A stretch of 63,899 nt of DNA, counting the filler, from Vannella sp. (taxonomy: Eukaryota): assembly GCA_023345925.1 (NCBI GenBank). It is 8 parts of 8 records of this genome, joined end to end, with 100 filler letters (N's around TTAATTAATTAA, not from the genome) between each part and the next. Parts side by side here need not be neighbours in the genome. Positions count along the whole stretch, not along the records: positions 6,726 to 14,199 come from JAJQQN010000562.1; positions 14,300 to 18,117 come from JAJQQN010000913.1; positions 18,218 to 27,234 come from JAJQQN010000983.1; 5 more parts are not named here. One strand, written 5' to 3'. The stretch's first letter is position 1; every line of letters begins with the position of its first letter. Made by a program: the position numbers and the translations under genes. The notes under the pieces are model-generated. The model had not been told where the DNA came from, searched no databases, and saw only the letters and a program-made list of their open reading frames with translations. Positions 12,645-25,000 of this stretch are shown in pieces.

Positions 12645-13493
12645 TCACGCTGATTGAGACTCTGCGTAAGCTTGGCCTTCTTGCAAGGCCTTCTCCATCA
12701 CTTCCAGGTCGATGTCGTCGCCAGAGACTTTGAAAAAGGTGTAGGAAAGTGTGAGCTCCGTCTCGCCGATCAGATTCTCGTCGTCAGCGAACTCTGGGTC
12801 GATGAAGAAGAGCACAGGCATGTCAACAGACTCGCGTGCTTCCAGTCTCTGCTCCTCGAAGCAGAAGCACTGGACCTTGTTGAAATAGATCGCCGCTTTG
12901 CTCGGCACCACGTTGTAGATGGAGAGACCGATAACAGTGTCATCAGAGGTGTTCGTGGCGTTGTAGAACGCCAAGACAGACTCTCCAGGGATACAAGTGA
13001 CCTCTCGTTGCAGCGGAGTGAACTTCCAAGGGATCGAGGCGCTGGCTTGGCCCACGAATTTGATGCGAATAGGGCGATCAGGGCGCAGGTTCTTGTCTGC
13101 CAAGGTGTTGATACTGTTGGCCTCTGCTCTTTTGATCGCTGTGCCACCGTAGCCAGTGGCAGAGCAGAAGAGTTGGTAGAGGGGGACGGAGGCGTACGCC
13201 ATTCCCACCACTCCAATGACAATCATGATGCCCATCTTGCCCACGTTAGCGTTTCTGCTGTTTTGGCTCTTCTCCTGACGCATCGCCAGGTTCCTCTTGT
13301 AGATGCGGACCCGCTCTTCCTGAGTGAGAGGCGGGGGCTTCTGTTTTAGCTGCGGTTCTGCACTGTATGTTCGCCTCCGCGGTATCAGAGAGCCCCGAGC
13401 AGATTCTCTCATTTTGTGTCCCATTCTAGCAGGTAAAATAGCCCCAGGAGAGCTCCTCAGCGCCAAACGAGAGAGGGGAAGGCTCCTCAGCAT
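12645..13493 (-). CDS. COX11: Cytochrome c oxidase assembly copper chaperone Cox11
   Basis: YASVPLYQLFCSATGYGG and YFNKVQCFCFEEQ (CFCF), DMPVLFFIDPEF. Arg-rich presequence. Confidence 0.96.
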   Translation of the reverse strand: MLRSLPLSRLALRSSPGAILPARMGHKMRESARGSLIPRRRTYSAEPQLKQKPPPLTQEERVRIYKRNLAMRQEKSQNSRNANVGKMGIMIVIGVVGMAYASVPLYQLFCSATGYGGTAIKRAEANSINTLADKNLRPDRPIRIKFVGQASASIPWKFTPLQREVTCIPGESVLAFYNATNTSDDTVIGLSIYNVVPSKAAIYFNKVQCFCFEEQRLEARESVDMPVLFFIDPEFADDENLIGETELTLSYTFFKVSGDDIDLEVMEKALQEGQAYAESQSA

Positions 13494-13677
13494 GAAGGGA
13501 AGTCCGGTTTGCTTGGAAATGGCAAAAAGGTCAAAGAAACTCCTTTTTTAAAACTTATTGTCATTCATAAATCACCAATTGATGATTACTGATTGTGCAT
13601 TCACCAGCCCCGAGACCGGATCACCATTCTCTTCCTTCTTGTGGTCGTGGCAGGGGCGCCTGGAGTGCGGAGGAGCG

Positions 13678-14199
13678 TTAAAGGAAGCGGGTACTCTTCT
13701 TTGTGCTGCGGATCAATGGGGGAGGGGGAGCGGGCTGGACTGGACAAGTGTGGGAGTGTAAAGTTAGTTCCAGGTGTTAGATCTGAAGACGAGCAAGCCA
13801 CTTTCTTGGGAAAACGCCAAAGACTGGTCCCTTCCTGCCACCAGGAAGCTCACTCCTTTAAGAAGAGACAACAGAGCGGGTTGGCGCTGTTGATGGGAGA
13901 TGCCAGTGGTTCTTATAGACTCGCAAGGTGTCTTCTACGCTGGACTCAACTTCAATGGCGAACTGGGGATGCTCTGCTTTGGGGCAATTGGGGGTCGGTT
14001 GGAGCACGCTCTCGAAGTGGCCCAGTTGCCCTGAAAGATTGTCTCCCAACGCCCAGAGGGTTCCTTCTTCGGACTCTGCCACGAGAAAGTCGCAGCCGCA
14101 AGCTTCCTTGATGATTGAAGGGAGTCCTTCCACTCGTTGAAGAATAGAACTTGCCCAAGAGAGATCTTTTTCGGCCGTCCACACCCAAAGGCCACCTTC
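13678..14199 (-). pseudogene. Degenerate RCC1/BLIP-II repeat gene, 3' part
   Basis: RCC1-like repeats IIKEACGCDFLVAESEEGTLWALGDNLSGQLG and VSFLVAGRDQSLAFSQESGLLVF lie in different frames, separated by stops, with no clear intron. Confidence 0.55.
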
Positions 14200-14299
14200 N
14201 NNNNNNNNNNNNNNNNNNNNNNNNNNNNNNNNNNNNNNNNNNNTTAATTAATTAANNNNNNNNNNNNNNNNNNNNNNNNNNNNNNNNNNNNNNNNNNNN
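14200..14299. other. Artificial contig linker
   Basis: Same N/TTAATTAATTAA/N spacer. Confidence 0.98.
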
Positions 14300-14615
14300 C
14301 CCTTCCAATCCTCCCAACTATTAAAGCGATTTACATTTTGTCACGAATTCGGAAACGGGGAGAAAAAAGGAAGGCCCTCAATCAAGGCTTTCCATTGGTT
14401 GATCGACTATCGTCCACAAGGAGTGCGAGGAAGGCACGATGCAGCCATCTTCGAACCATTAGCACACCTCTTCGTACCTGAGATGCTGATGCTGTGATCA
14501 TGATAGGGGCTTCCAAGGCATTTAGCCGGGGTGCATCACCCCCATGTCCCTGTTGTTCTCCCTCTTGTGGTCCCAAGAAAACAAGGACTGACTAAGATGA
14601 GTTAAGCGCGTTTGT

Positions 14616-15793
14616 TTACATCACATCGCGGAGCTTGCGGGAGGACGTGTTGGTCCCTCCGAGGTACATTGAGAAGCGGAATCGTCCTCCTTTTGCTGCT
14701 CGTGTTGGTTCAGAAGAGGGCGTACCGATTTTAGACACGCCTGGAGAGCCAATGAGGTCATGCTCCCACCAGGCCTCCGCTCTGCTCAAGCAATCGATCC
14801 AAATGTCCATCTCGATCTGTCTGTCCGCTTGGAAGTACCACGTGCGAGTGGGTGTTTTCAGGGTGAAGCAGTTCCTTCGGTCTGTCTCCTCTGCTGGAGT
14901 CTCCTCCACTGTGCAGTCCTCCAGTTGAATGACACCTGTGGGGGAGTCATCCCTCGGCCTCTTGTAGTAGAAGAGGAAGTTGTCCTTGAGGACAAAGTAC
15001 CGCCTCTTCCACGACTTGACTGTACCTCCTGACATAAACAAAGATGCGTCAGAGCCACGAGAAGTCTCTAACGGAGTGAACGCTTACCTTGCTTCGTCAG
15101 ATAGCCACAGCGGTTGGGACTGGGGATCACATCTGCTCCCAGGTTTGTGTACAAAGAACGAGCCAGGGCAACATCACTCTCAAAGGTGGTTTGCAAGAAC
15201 TTGAGGTGCGAAAGGAGCATCCCATTCTGGAACTTGAGCTGAAGGTCCTTTTCTGAGTCATGGGCACTCTCTTCTGGTAGGCCTAAGAGCCTTTTGGTTT
15301 CTGTCAGACTCTTCTCCTCTTGGAGAGAGTTAGCGAGCGTCCGGAAGAGTTCCAGTTCTTCCTTCAAACATTCCGCCTTGCGCCGTTCCTTGTCAAGTTG
15401 TGCCTCGAGAGAAGCTGTAGGTAGTTCCTCCTTCCTCAGAGTTGCTTCTTGGAGCTTCGTTTCCAGTTCCTGCCGCAGGACGTCGAGTTCGGCACGGGAA
15501 GTCTCCAATAACTGAACTTGTGCGACCAGACCCGCCACTTCTTGTCCTGACTCTCTAATAGTCACTTCAGCACCATTGGCCAGACAAGTAGCCTCTGTGA
15601 GAAGCTCCTCGCACTTCTTCTGGATCTCAACAAGCTCAGCTCGGCTGCTTCTCTCCCTCGAGCTGTCCTCCTTGATGGTTGCGAGCCTTTGTTTAAGCAA
15701 CAGGATACGCTTCTGCTCTGCTTCTCTTCTATTCAGAAGAGCAACGCCATCACCAAGTGAAGAAGGGTTCGAAGTCTCCTCCGCAGTGGACAT
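14616..15793 (-). CDS. Coiled-coil + PH domain protein
   Basis: PH domain: CGYLTKQG|GTVKSWKRRYFVLKDNFLFYYK...FQAD..EMDIWI, with an intron at ~15030-15088. N-terminal coiled coil. Confidence 0.87.
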
Positions 15794-15879
15794 TGGAGTG
15801 GTGGGGAACAGAAAGTGGTTCATTTGTTACCGTTTGGGCGCTTTTATGAGAAGGCGACTGGTCTGGTTGGTTTGCGTGG

Positions 15880-17549
15880 TTAGTTGGTGAAAGGAGTACC
15901 TTCAATGAAGCGGCTAATCATGTCATAGGCGCGCTCGGGCTGGTCGGTGGGGACCATGTGACCTGCATCGCGGATGACCACTTGGACGAAGTTTCCTGTT
16001 TGTCTGACATAGCCAGCAGGCTGAAGAGGGGTCAGAGGGGTGTTTGATGGAAAGATAGTGAGTAAGGTACCTCAGTATCGCTAGTTTGGATCTTCCAGAC
16101 GATCTTCTTTGTGGCGAGGAAAGCTTTCTGTCCTGACCATGGGATGGCCCGAATGAACGTTTCAGCAGGAGGAGGACCAAGAATAACATCGTTTTGTCCG
16201 TTGTAGATCATCACCTGTCACACAGCCAAGTCAACACGAGAAGGAGCCTCGTCATCCGCAATGCCTCACCTTGTAGTTCTCCAGGAGAGTGGGGAGTTTG
16301 TGTGCAATGGATCTCATCCAATCATCGATCAAGTAGCTCTCTACTGTCTTGTTGTAGTGCTCATACTTGGTCGGGCGGACATGGATTGACGTTTGGGTCG
16401 ACTCTAAGTTCACGTACGCCTCATAGGGGTTTGAAGGATACACTGGATCGAGGAAGTTGAAGTAAGAGTCCAAGCCAGTCACGTTCTTGTAGAAAGTGGG
16501 GAAGGGATAGAAGTCTCCGTTGAGATATTCGTCAAAGTACTTGAAAGCAGTCACATAATCACCTCGGATGATGTACTGCTCTGCACCCAAGCGTTAGTCT
16601 TCTCTAGAAACACGTAGAATGGCTAGGAGAGGACTCACTGATGGCATTCTCGTACGCCAAACCGATCTGCTGTTCGTTATGGTCGAACATTCCGAACTGG
16701 TAGGCTTGATTGGCGATACCCTGAGTCTGAGTTTGAGGGTCCATGATGCCGTCACCGATACTGATGCCAACAAGAGGGATCTTGACAGCTCCTGGAACAC
16801 TGCTCATCTGCCAGATCTTGTAGCAAGCGGAAGGGACGTATTTGCCAGCATAGGACTCTCCAGCAAAGTAAAAGTCGTTGTTTTGGAGATCAGGGAACAA
16901 CTGGAAGAACTGCGAGACGGCGCTGTAGAGGTTGGTGGCGACCTCCTCCTGGTTAGTGGAGAAGCCCCGCACATTCTCCGTGTAACTGAAGCCCTACAGT
17001 AGACTGTCATTACAACCAAAGCTATTCCCAAGGGATTGAGTCACATACAGTCCCTACAGGATTGTCCATGAAGACGAGGTTCCACTCCTTGTTCCAAGTG
17101 TAGGGGATGGGCTCCAACTCAGGGAACTTGTCAGTGCTCACGTAGAAAGGGCCGATCTCATTGAACATGCCGAACAGAGAGGAAAAGCCAGGTCCTCCAT
17201 TGAGCCTACCAACTCCCGCTTAGGGGACAGCGACCCATCATCAGGACTTGACGTACCACAAGAGAGTGGGCGCAGCAGGGTTGCCACTCTGAGCAGGGAA
17301 GTACCAGAAGAAAGTGTTGCTATTGTAGGTGGCATTCACTGTGATGTACCCTGAGTAGGAAGGAAACTTCCAATCAATCGAAGTCTGGCTGCTGCGTCAG
17401 ACACCCAAGGATCCTCGATCACCGGCCCTTACTTTACAGGCAGCTTGTCCGGCTGCAAAGTTGTTGGGAAGATACGTTGAGACGTATGTTGGGTTGTAGG
17501 AAAGGCACCCAACGACGAGCAGGCCCAAGAAGACCACAACCCCTCGCAT
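15880..17549 (-). CDS. Serine carboxypeptidase S10 (CPVL-like), secreted, multi-exon
   Basis: Signal peptide MRGVVVFLGLLVVGCLS. Motifs GGPG, DNPVGTG, AGESYAGKY (catalytic Ser), YNGQNDVI and AGHMVPTDQP. Confidence 0.92.
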
Positions 17550-17769
17550 GGCGCTTCAATAATAAGACTTTCCATATTATATCGATTTCACATCACATTT
17601 TAATTAATGCCTCATTTCTATTGAAGTGTCGGATATCTCGTAGCCCAATCACAACGAGCCAAGTGTCAGGCCGATTCGGCGAACAACCAGGGAACAAATT
17701 TCCAGACGAAAGTTTGCGGTGTATTTTAGTTCTCCTCGGCTTGCTCAATAGCATTACCCTCTGTCCAAC

Positions 17770-18117
17770 ATGAACCCCGAATACGATCATCTTTTCAAGC
17801 TCCTACTCTTCGGTGACAGTGGTGTCGGCAAGTCTTGCTTGCTTCTCCGATTTGCGGATGATACCTACACAGAGAGCTACATCAGATGGTCTGACACCAT
17901 CGGTGTTGACTTCAAAATCAGAACCATTGAGATTGGAGGCAAGTCCATTAAACTTCATATTTGGGACACTGCTGGACAGGAGCGCTTCCGTACCAACGGT
18001 CACATCACCTACCGTGGTGCCCACGGCATCATCGTTGTTTACGATGTTACCGATCAGGCTTCCTTCAGCAACGTGAAGCAGTGGCTGCAAGAAATCGACC
18101 GATATGCCTGCGAGAAC
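17770..18117 (+). CDS. RAB1: Rab1/Ypt1 GTPase, divergent paralog, 3' truncated
   Basis: [36 protein letters not shown]...[11 protein letters not shown]...[15 protein letters not shown]...[12 protein letters not shown] is near-identical to Rab1, except in the switch regions. Confidence 0.92.
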
Positions 18118-18217
18118 NNNNNNNNNNNNNNNNNNNNNNNNNNNNNNNNNNNNNNNNNNNNTTAATTAATTAANNNNNNNNNNNNNNNNNNNNNNNNNNN
18201 NNNNNNNNNNNNNNNNN
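18118..18217. other. Artificial contig linker
   Basis: Same spacer. Confidence 0.98.
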
Positions 18218-18429
18218 AGAAAATGAAATCAGTCCAAAAGATTATCCTGAAGAGATGGAGGTCATCAGGACACTCTTCGCGAACAAGAGTTTTGGACCCT
18301 CTTCTTCCCCTTCGCTCGTGGAATTTCTCCTTTGTTAGTCCAGTCCCATCAATTTGGAAACTCCATTTTTTAAAATTTCACTTCTTTTATGACCGCTTGT
18401 TACAAATTTTAAGAGATATTTTGTGGTGG

Positions 18430-18860
18430 GTTAAAGAATCACTTTCTTGGGGTGCCAGGTGGAGTTGGTGATCGCTGGAGAGAGGGTTACGTGTGAACGT
18501 TTGGATACGGCTCGAATATCTCTCCCAAGAGCTTGCTGGAGAAGAAGGGCGTTCACGTGGGTACAAGGCTGCTTTCATTCCTGGCTGGACTTTGGCTTTC
18601 CATAATGCGGGAACTATCGTTGCCAATGGCTCTGCTCTGATTGAGATAGCGTATGCTACTGTAATGACTATGAAGGACTACCAGGAACTGGCATGCGCCA
18701 ACCTGCAGAGGGAGAGCTCCCCCATTTGGCTACGCTCAGAAAGATGGAAGAATGACACTACACAACAACAATGAATAGCTTTACAGATTGAGCTGTTGGT
18801 TTTTGCAAGAGCTTGCAGGATCATGAAGAAAAAGGGCAAGATCATCGAACTACTTTTTAA
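18430..18860 (+). pseudogene. Degenerate ORF remnant, possibly the same family as 51041-51581
   Basis: Stop-interrupted frame. IAYATV...LACANLQRES resembles KEYATI...VAVTNLQKEAS at ~51420-51500 (comparison by eye only). Confidence 0.3.
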
Positions 18861-19065
18861 CCCCACCCTACTCCAAACTAAACCCGCCTCGAGCGAAACG
18901 GGCTCAATATCGGGGACCTGCGGGGAAAGAGAGCCATTCCTAGCTGTAGGCTACTCTAACCCAATTTTCTGGAAGTCTGATACGAACAACACCTTTCACC
19001 CGTTTAGGGGGCTTCAGATTTTGGCGGAAACTCCCGTAAAATCCAGATTTAGAACTGAAAAAGGG

Positions 19066-22000
19066 TTATTCATCGTTTTGAAGAGCTATCTGCAGAGTTC
19101 TGTGGGGATGGATGGCTTGAAGATAGGCCACGCGGTCTGGATATGTTGTTCGAACATAAAGTGAGATAGCGGGAGCGTGGCAAGCCTCTGCGAGCCAACT
19201 TATGAAGTGTTCAAGGTCAACCAAAGCGTTTTCACTCCTCTGCACTTCAACTTGATGAAGCTGGCAGTCTGCCTCCCACTTGCACTCCCATTCTATATTG
19301 CAAGAGGGAACACCCGGAAGCGAATAATTGCCTTGCTCACAAGAGCGTCTCAAAAAGTAGAAAGCAGCGTCAATCAATAGGAGTGAAGGAGCACTTTGCT
19401 GGAGAATCATTGTGAGCATAAGTGCATTGAAATTCTCCATTGATTCGACCAAACCGGCTACCATTGGCATCTGTGAGAGCTTTAAGAAGAGGCTTTCACC
19501 AAAGTCCAAGGGTACTGAGCCTTTTGAATCAATGATAGCTTGGCAAAGTTTCTTCAGGGAGACAAAGAAGGAAGAACAGGGCTCGGAATCACTGGTAACT
19601 CTCAAGTACACTTGGAACAAGTGAATGAGTTGATTCAGGGTATTTGGCGACTTGATATCCAAAGAACTCTCGAAGAGGGATGAAACCAAGTCAAACATCT
19701 CAAAAGGAAAGGCTTCAACATGCAATTGCATCCAAGAGATCAAATTATCATGATAAATAAGATCGCTGCTGACCCGCGGAAGGGCACAAGCAGAGCGGAT
19801 GATGCCAACGATACTCCTTCGCATCGAAGCATCAGAAGAAACGCTGTCAAACATGGCCATCAGAATACCAACGACGTGGCGACGCCGGAAAAGTTTGAAA
19901 TCCTGCGGTCGGTGCAAAGAGTGTTTCAGAGTGTCAAGCTCCCAAGTGCGTTTCTGATAGTGATTGTCTGCTGAGGCAGAGTACATGAGATCAAAGAACA
20001 TGGGAATATCATCCAAAGTGATAGTGGGACGATGCAAGAGGAATTTGTTGACTCCACGGTACATGTAATGGTCCGGATGTAACAGAACTAGAACTGCTCG
20101 GGAGAAAAACACGCTCACAGCAGCAGGCAGGCATTGGTTCGTACTCGTAATTGAGTTCTTGAGAACGTGGAACAGAGCAGACACTTCCATCTTCTCCACA
20201 AACCGAGCATCCTTCAACTTATCAAAGAAATGCTGAAGAACGAAGAAGGCCCATTGTCGAATACGTGGGAACTTGCTCGACAACGCAGCCAGTACAAAAG
20301 AAATGATTCCACTCTCAATCAACCGCCGACAATCCAAGTCAAACAGTTCAACAGCTTGAGCCAGGAAAGGAAGCACAAAGCGCGGGTCATAATTCGCCCA
20401 CCGATGGAGAGCGGGAGCAGTTTGAAGCTCTTCTGAAAGACTCACAAACTTGGAGGGAAGAACCAACTCCGAGTTCATATCTCCAGAAGGAGAGAAGAAG
20501 TCCAAGGCTGAGTTGACCAGAGGGCGATACTTTAACAAGTCCCCGTCTCCCACAAGAAGTGCAATCGTTTGCAATTGCACTGTGTCTGACGCAGCGACCA
20601 TTCGGCGCTGTGCCGGACCCCACGCATAACCGATACTGCACATGGAGATAGTGGCCCGTTCAAAGTACCCAAAGATCTTCAGAAGCTGTTGGTCAGCAGG
20701 ATGGAGTGTGGCATGATAAGCGCTTGCATAGATGGTCAAAAGCTCTTTGGTACAAACACTGGAAGGCGCCAATGCATAAACGAGTGCCATCAGGGAGACC
20801 AGACAGTACTTGCTCAATGGCCCAGAGTAATAGCTCTGAGTGGCATTGTCCACTTCTTCCACGGCGTCGTCTTCCAACAACTGGTCAGGCGCATTCTGGC
20901 TTGATTCTCCCGAGAACAAGAGTGGCAGGAAGCCTGAATGGCTCGATAGCATATCATGCAAGCTCACGCAGAGCTCGCTGATCTCTTCATCCACTGAAGC
21001 GACCCTGCTTTGGCTAACACCCTCTTCGCTCGAGTCTGACTCGTCTCCACTCTCCTCTGAAGAAGTTGGAGCGGATTGACGGGTGAAGGCAAAGAGCAAT
21101 CGACGCAGAGTGTCCAATACCAAGGGAGAAGAGAAGTTCCACTTGAGAATGGACCGGGTAAATGCCAGTAGGACTGTTCGAGAGCGGGATTTCTCCTCAG
21201 ATTCTGATGGGAAGGACGCCCATTCTATCCGCCGTTGGATTGTTTGAAGAACTGAGAGCAAGTAGTCCTCAATTCTCTCCTTTTGGAGCAAAGCACTAAC
21301 GCTTGGGGTGACGGACAGTCGAGAAGTCCATGTGGTGGTGCAAGTGAGACAGTAGAAAATGAATTTGGATGCGAATGGAACATCAGAGGGAGGCTTTTGG
21401 CTCTCTGAGATATTTGCGTTCATCATTTGCTCCACCAGTCGAAGCGCAGCCGGGTAAAGGGGCCCTTTCCTCTTGCTGAGAAGCTCTTTGAACTGTTTCT
21501 CGATAACAACACCACTTTGGGACTTGCTCCTGATACTCAGCTCCAAAAGAGCAGAAAGAAGAGGGACAGCAATACTTTCGCTGGCCTCTACAACAGCAAC
21601 CTCTTCATCAGAGGCACTCAAAGGGGCTAAATCAGCTGCAAACCGAAGTGAAGCGAGAAGAGGAACCTCGTAGTGATCTCTTAAGCGCTGCAGAATAAGA
21701 GGATCAAGAGCATGGGGCTGGGAGAGGTGTTTGACAACGTACCCTTGGACAACACGAAGAACATTCACATTCTTCGCCATCCAGGAGCACACATTTCCTC
21801 CAGGCACTTGCTTCAGGGGTGGGAGAGCGCGAAGAGTCTCTTCCCAATGACCCTGGAAAGCAGGACTGAAAGCAACTAGAATGGAAAGGATAGAAGAGCG
21901 AAGAGGAGTGCCACTGGAGCTCCACACCTGGAACATCCGCTTGGCATCAGCACTGGTCAATTGAGTGAGAATAGAAACGTTATTTCGAAACACAAAGTCC

Positions 22001-25000
22001 GCAGGAGGTACCAAAAAGAGTATCAGCACCTCCAAAAGGATCTCCTCAGGGAGGCTCGACCTCTTTTCGGAGTTCTGGCAGACTTGAATGAGCTCTTGGA
22101 AGCTTGAAAGAGGAAGGAACATCAACCCTTGCTCTTTGGGTACAGTTTCGTCTGTCATAACGGGAGAGGCGGAAGAGAATGCCGCGGGCGAAAGAGCAAA
22201 GAGATCCCGGAACTTGTGTTTGGGAGGGAGATAGGCCTTTGCGGTGTACTGCCTCAGCAATAAGATACAAAGTGAAAGGCAAGGTCGAATCTGTATCTGA
22301 GGAGAAGCAATAGCATGAAGAAGTCCCTGGGTCATCGAGCGAACCAGTGATTCATCACAAAGTGGATAACCCAACTTCATTATCTCCACAAGAAGAGAAA
22401 TGTACTTCTCAGTACCCGCCTTCTGATTGGCTTCCTTGCTATTTTGGACCAACTGATTGATCTGAAGAGCATAGAAGCTCATTACAGGTTTCCACAGCTC
22501 ACGAATAGTCTCCCCAGTGAGTGAGACAGCGGCAACTAGCCTCCGAATCGTCTCCAGAATCAATTCTGCCAATGCAATAGACAAGGGATTGGACTTAGTC
22601 AGGGAAGGGAAGAAAACAGAGTGCGAGCTCTGTCCCAAAAACAACTCGGAGATCATGTGAGTGCTCACTTGGGAGACACTTGCAATGTGTTCTTTTTCCG
22701 CCTTCACTGGCCCAGCAAGAAGGAGGACCTGCGAAAAGAGCTGAATCAAGGACAACAGACGCTCAGAAGCTTCCGTTTGAACCTTTTCTTTGGCTGACAT
22801 ACTCTGAATGCGCTGCGCACAACGGACCAAAAGCACAATCTGCCTTGCTGCTGCACTACATTCCCCTGGCTGGCCCTGACTCAAAACGGAACTGCTTTGG
22901 GCCAGCTTGTTCGTAGGGAGCTGAGATTGAATGGCTAAGAGGCTATTCAGGGAGTAAATGCTTGCCACTTCCGCCCACAAGTTGGTTTGGTCTTGGTGGG
23001 AAGATGGAAGGGCTTTGAGGAGGTCAGCAGGGAGAGGCAGCAGCTGAAGATCGTGTAAGAAGATCATGTAATAGTCCTTTGCACTCATCATCGCACAAAG
23101 AGGGCGAAGTTTCACAATAGCGGCAATTCTCTCAACATTGGAGACTTTCTGGACCCGATTCCGTATCATGAGTGGTGTCAATGCTTCTTTGAGGGGCTGC
23201 AAGAGATTTGAAAGCTCCTTCAAGGTCACCAATTGAGCTGGCTCTTCTTCTTCGGCACAAATGCGCTGGCTCACAAACTCAGTAACCCCTGGTGCTGTTC
23301 GGCAAGCAGATTGTGAGAGAAGATTGGTCAGATACATCAGAAAACGGGAAACCAGAACGTCGTTTGCTTTGGCCTTCAGCAGGACCAAATCAGCAGCTTC
23401 AGAATCGGTCTCCATTGCATCTGAATCTGCCTGAATCGACACCTCAATGGAATGGATTGCAATAGCAAGAGAGAGGGGGGGAAGGGATAATGAGCACAGC
23501 AAGGCTTTCCAAACAGACACTAAGAAGTATTGAGCCTCCACTGCTTCATCAGAAGAAGCTGCGTTCACTTTGTAGTACCAACGGATGCTGCTGCAAGTCA
23601 ATAGACTAATCTGAGTCTCGAGGTCCTCTTGCTGGCCCCTTTCATAAAGCTGTAGCGTCTCAATGATTGCAGCTCTCGTGTCCACTAACTCATATCGGCG
23701 ACGAGCACAATCAGCAAGGATTCGGTCAAGGATTGGCACTGAATCTAGTGTGAGCGACGAGAGATAGCACTCCATCTCCACCTGCTGTTGCTCTTTGTTC
23801 CCACCAAAGAACTCCATGGAAGGCAGCAAGAAGTGAAGCAGTCCATGAATCTTCGTTTTGAGCTCCACATTCTCACTGCGGAGCCAATTGTCCATCAAAA
23901 GTCCCAAATAGCTCAGAGAGGAGCCAGGCACTTGGCTTGTCCACTTCAAAGTGACATCCCGTAGCAAGGCCACGATGTGGGATTGGACAGAGCGAGGCTG
24001 TGAATGAAAGTCTTTTGTGACAAGCTTCAGAATGTCAAAGTTTGCGCTGGAAAGGATGCCTGGGAAGCTCTCGTGGTAGCACTTAATGAGGCGCAGAGAC
24101 CTTTCAAAGAGCATAACTGTGGGACTTCTGGTATCATCAGCTTCTGGAAGATTTCCGACCTCATCAAAAGCCTGCTTATGAAGGGAAATGACCACCTGGA
24201 TATCTGGAAGCAGCTTTCGAGCCTCTTGCAAGAGGCGGTCAGCAAGCACATTCCAGCCCGAGTTTTGGGAGGCCAGCTGCTGTTTGCACTGTCGAATAAC
24301 ACTCGAGAGCTTCGAAAAGATGGTTAATAGAACCTGGGAACTCTGGAACCGAACCAAGACACTTTCGTGCTGAAGCCCGTGACTTAGCAAACTCCTGGAA
24401 AGTACGTTTGGTACTATGTTGTGCAACAGCGCCTGGTGGTGCACCGGGAGGACATCCCTTTTCCCAGAGGTGGCTTTGAGAACGGGCGGGGGCAAGGCCA
24501 TCACTTGCTCCAAGAAGCGGATGTTTTCCGTCCATTTAACGGACTCCCGAGGCTCATAAGAGAGAGAAATCTTGCTCAAGAATGCCTCTGTGATGTCAGG
24601 AGCAGCACTGAGGATCTTCAGTGTCAACTGCTGGTGTGCGTCACTTGAAGTCGGCTTCAAAGACCCAATAAACCGAAGAAGTGCTTTGTTGCGGACCACT
24701 GTCTCCCCACTGTCCCCTGCATACCACATGGGATCATTGTAAACAATGCCACATGTAGGAGAGCAGCAAAGAGTCTCAAGGAAGGGCTCCAGAAGTCCTG
24801 AGAGCTCCTCACTCTCGGATGCGCGATCTCGGTAGATCACGGCCATTTGGTCCAGGAAGTACCCGCTGAAGAACGCTGCCTTTGCTTTGCGGTTCACAGA
24901 AGGGTTTCGGAGGATCCAAACGTCCAGTGCATGCACAAACTCGATGATCAAAGGGACGGCGTCGTTGGCAAGCTCGTGGAACACGGCGGGGAGGATAAAG

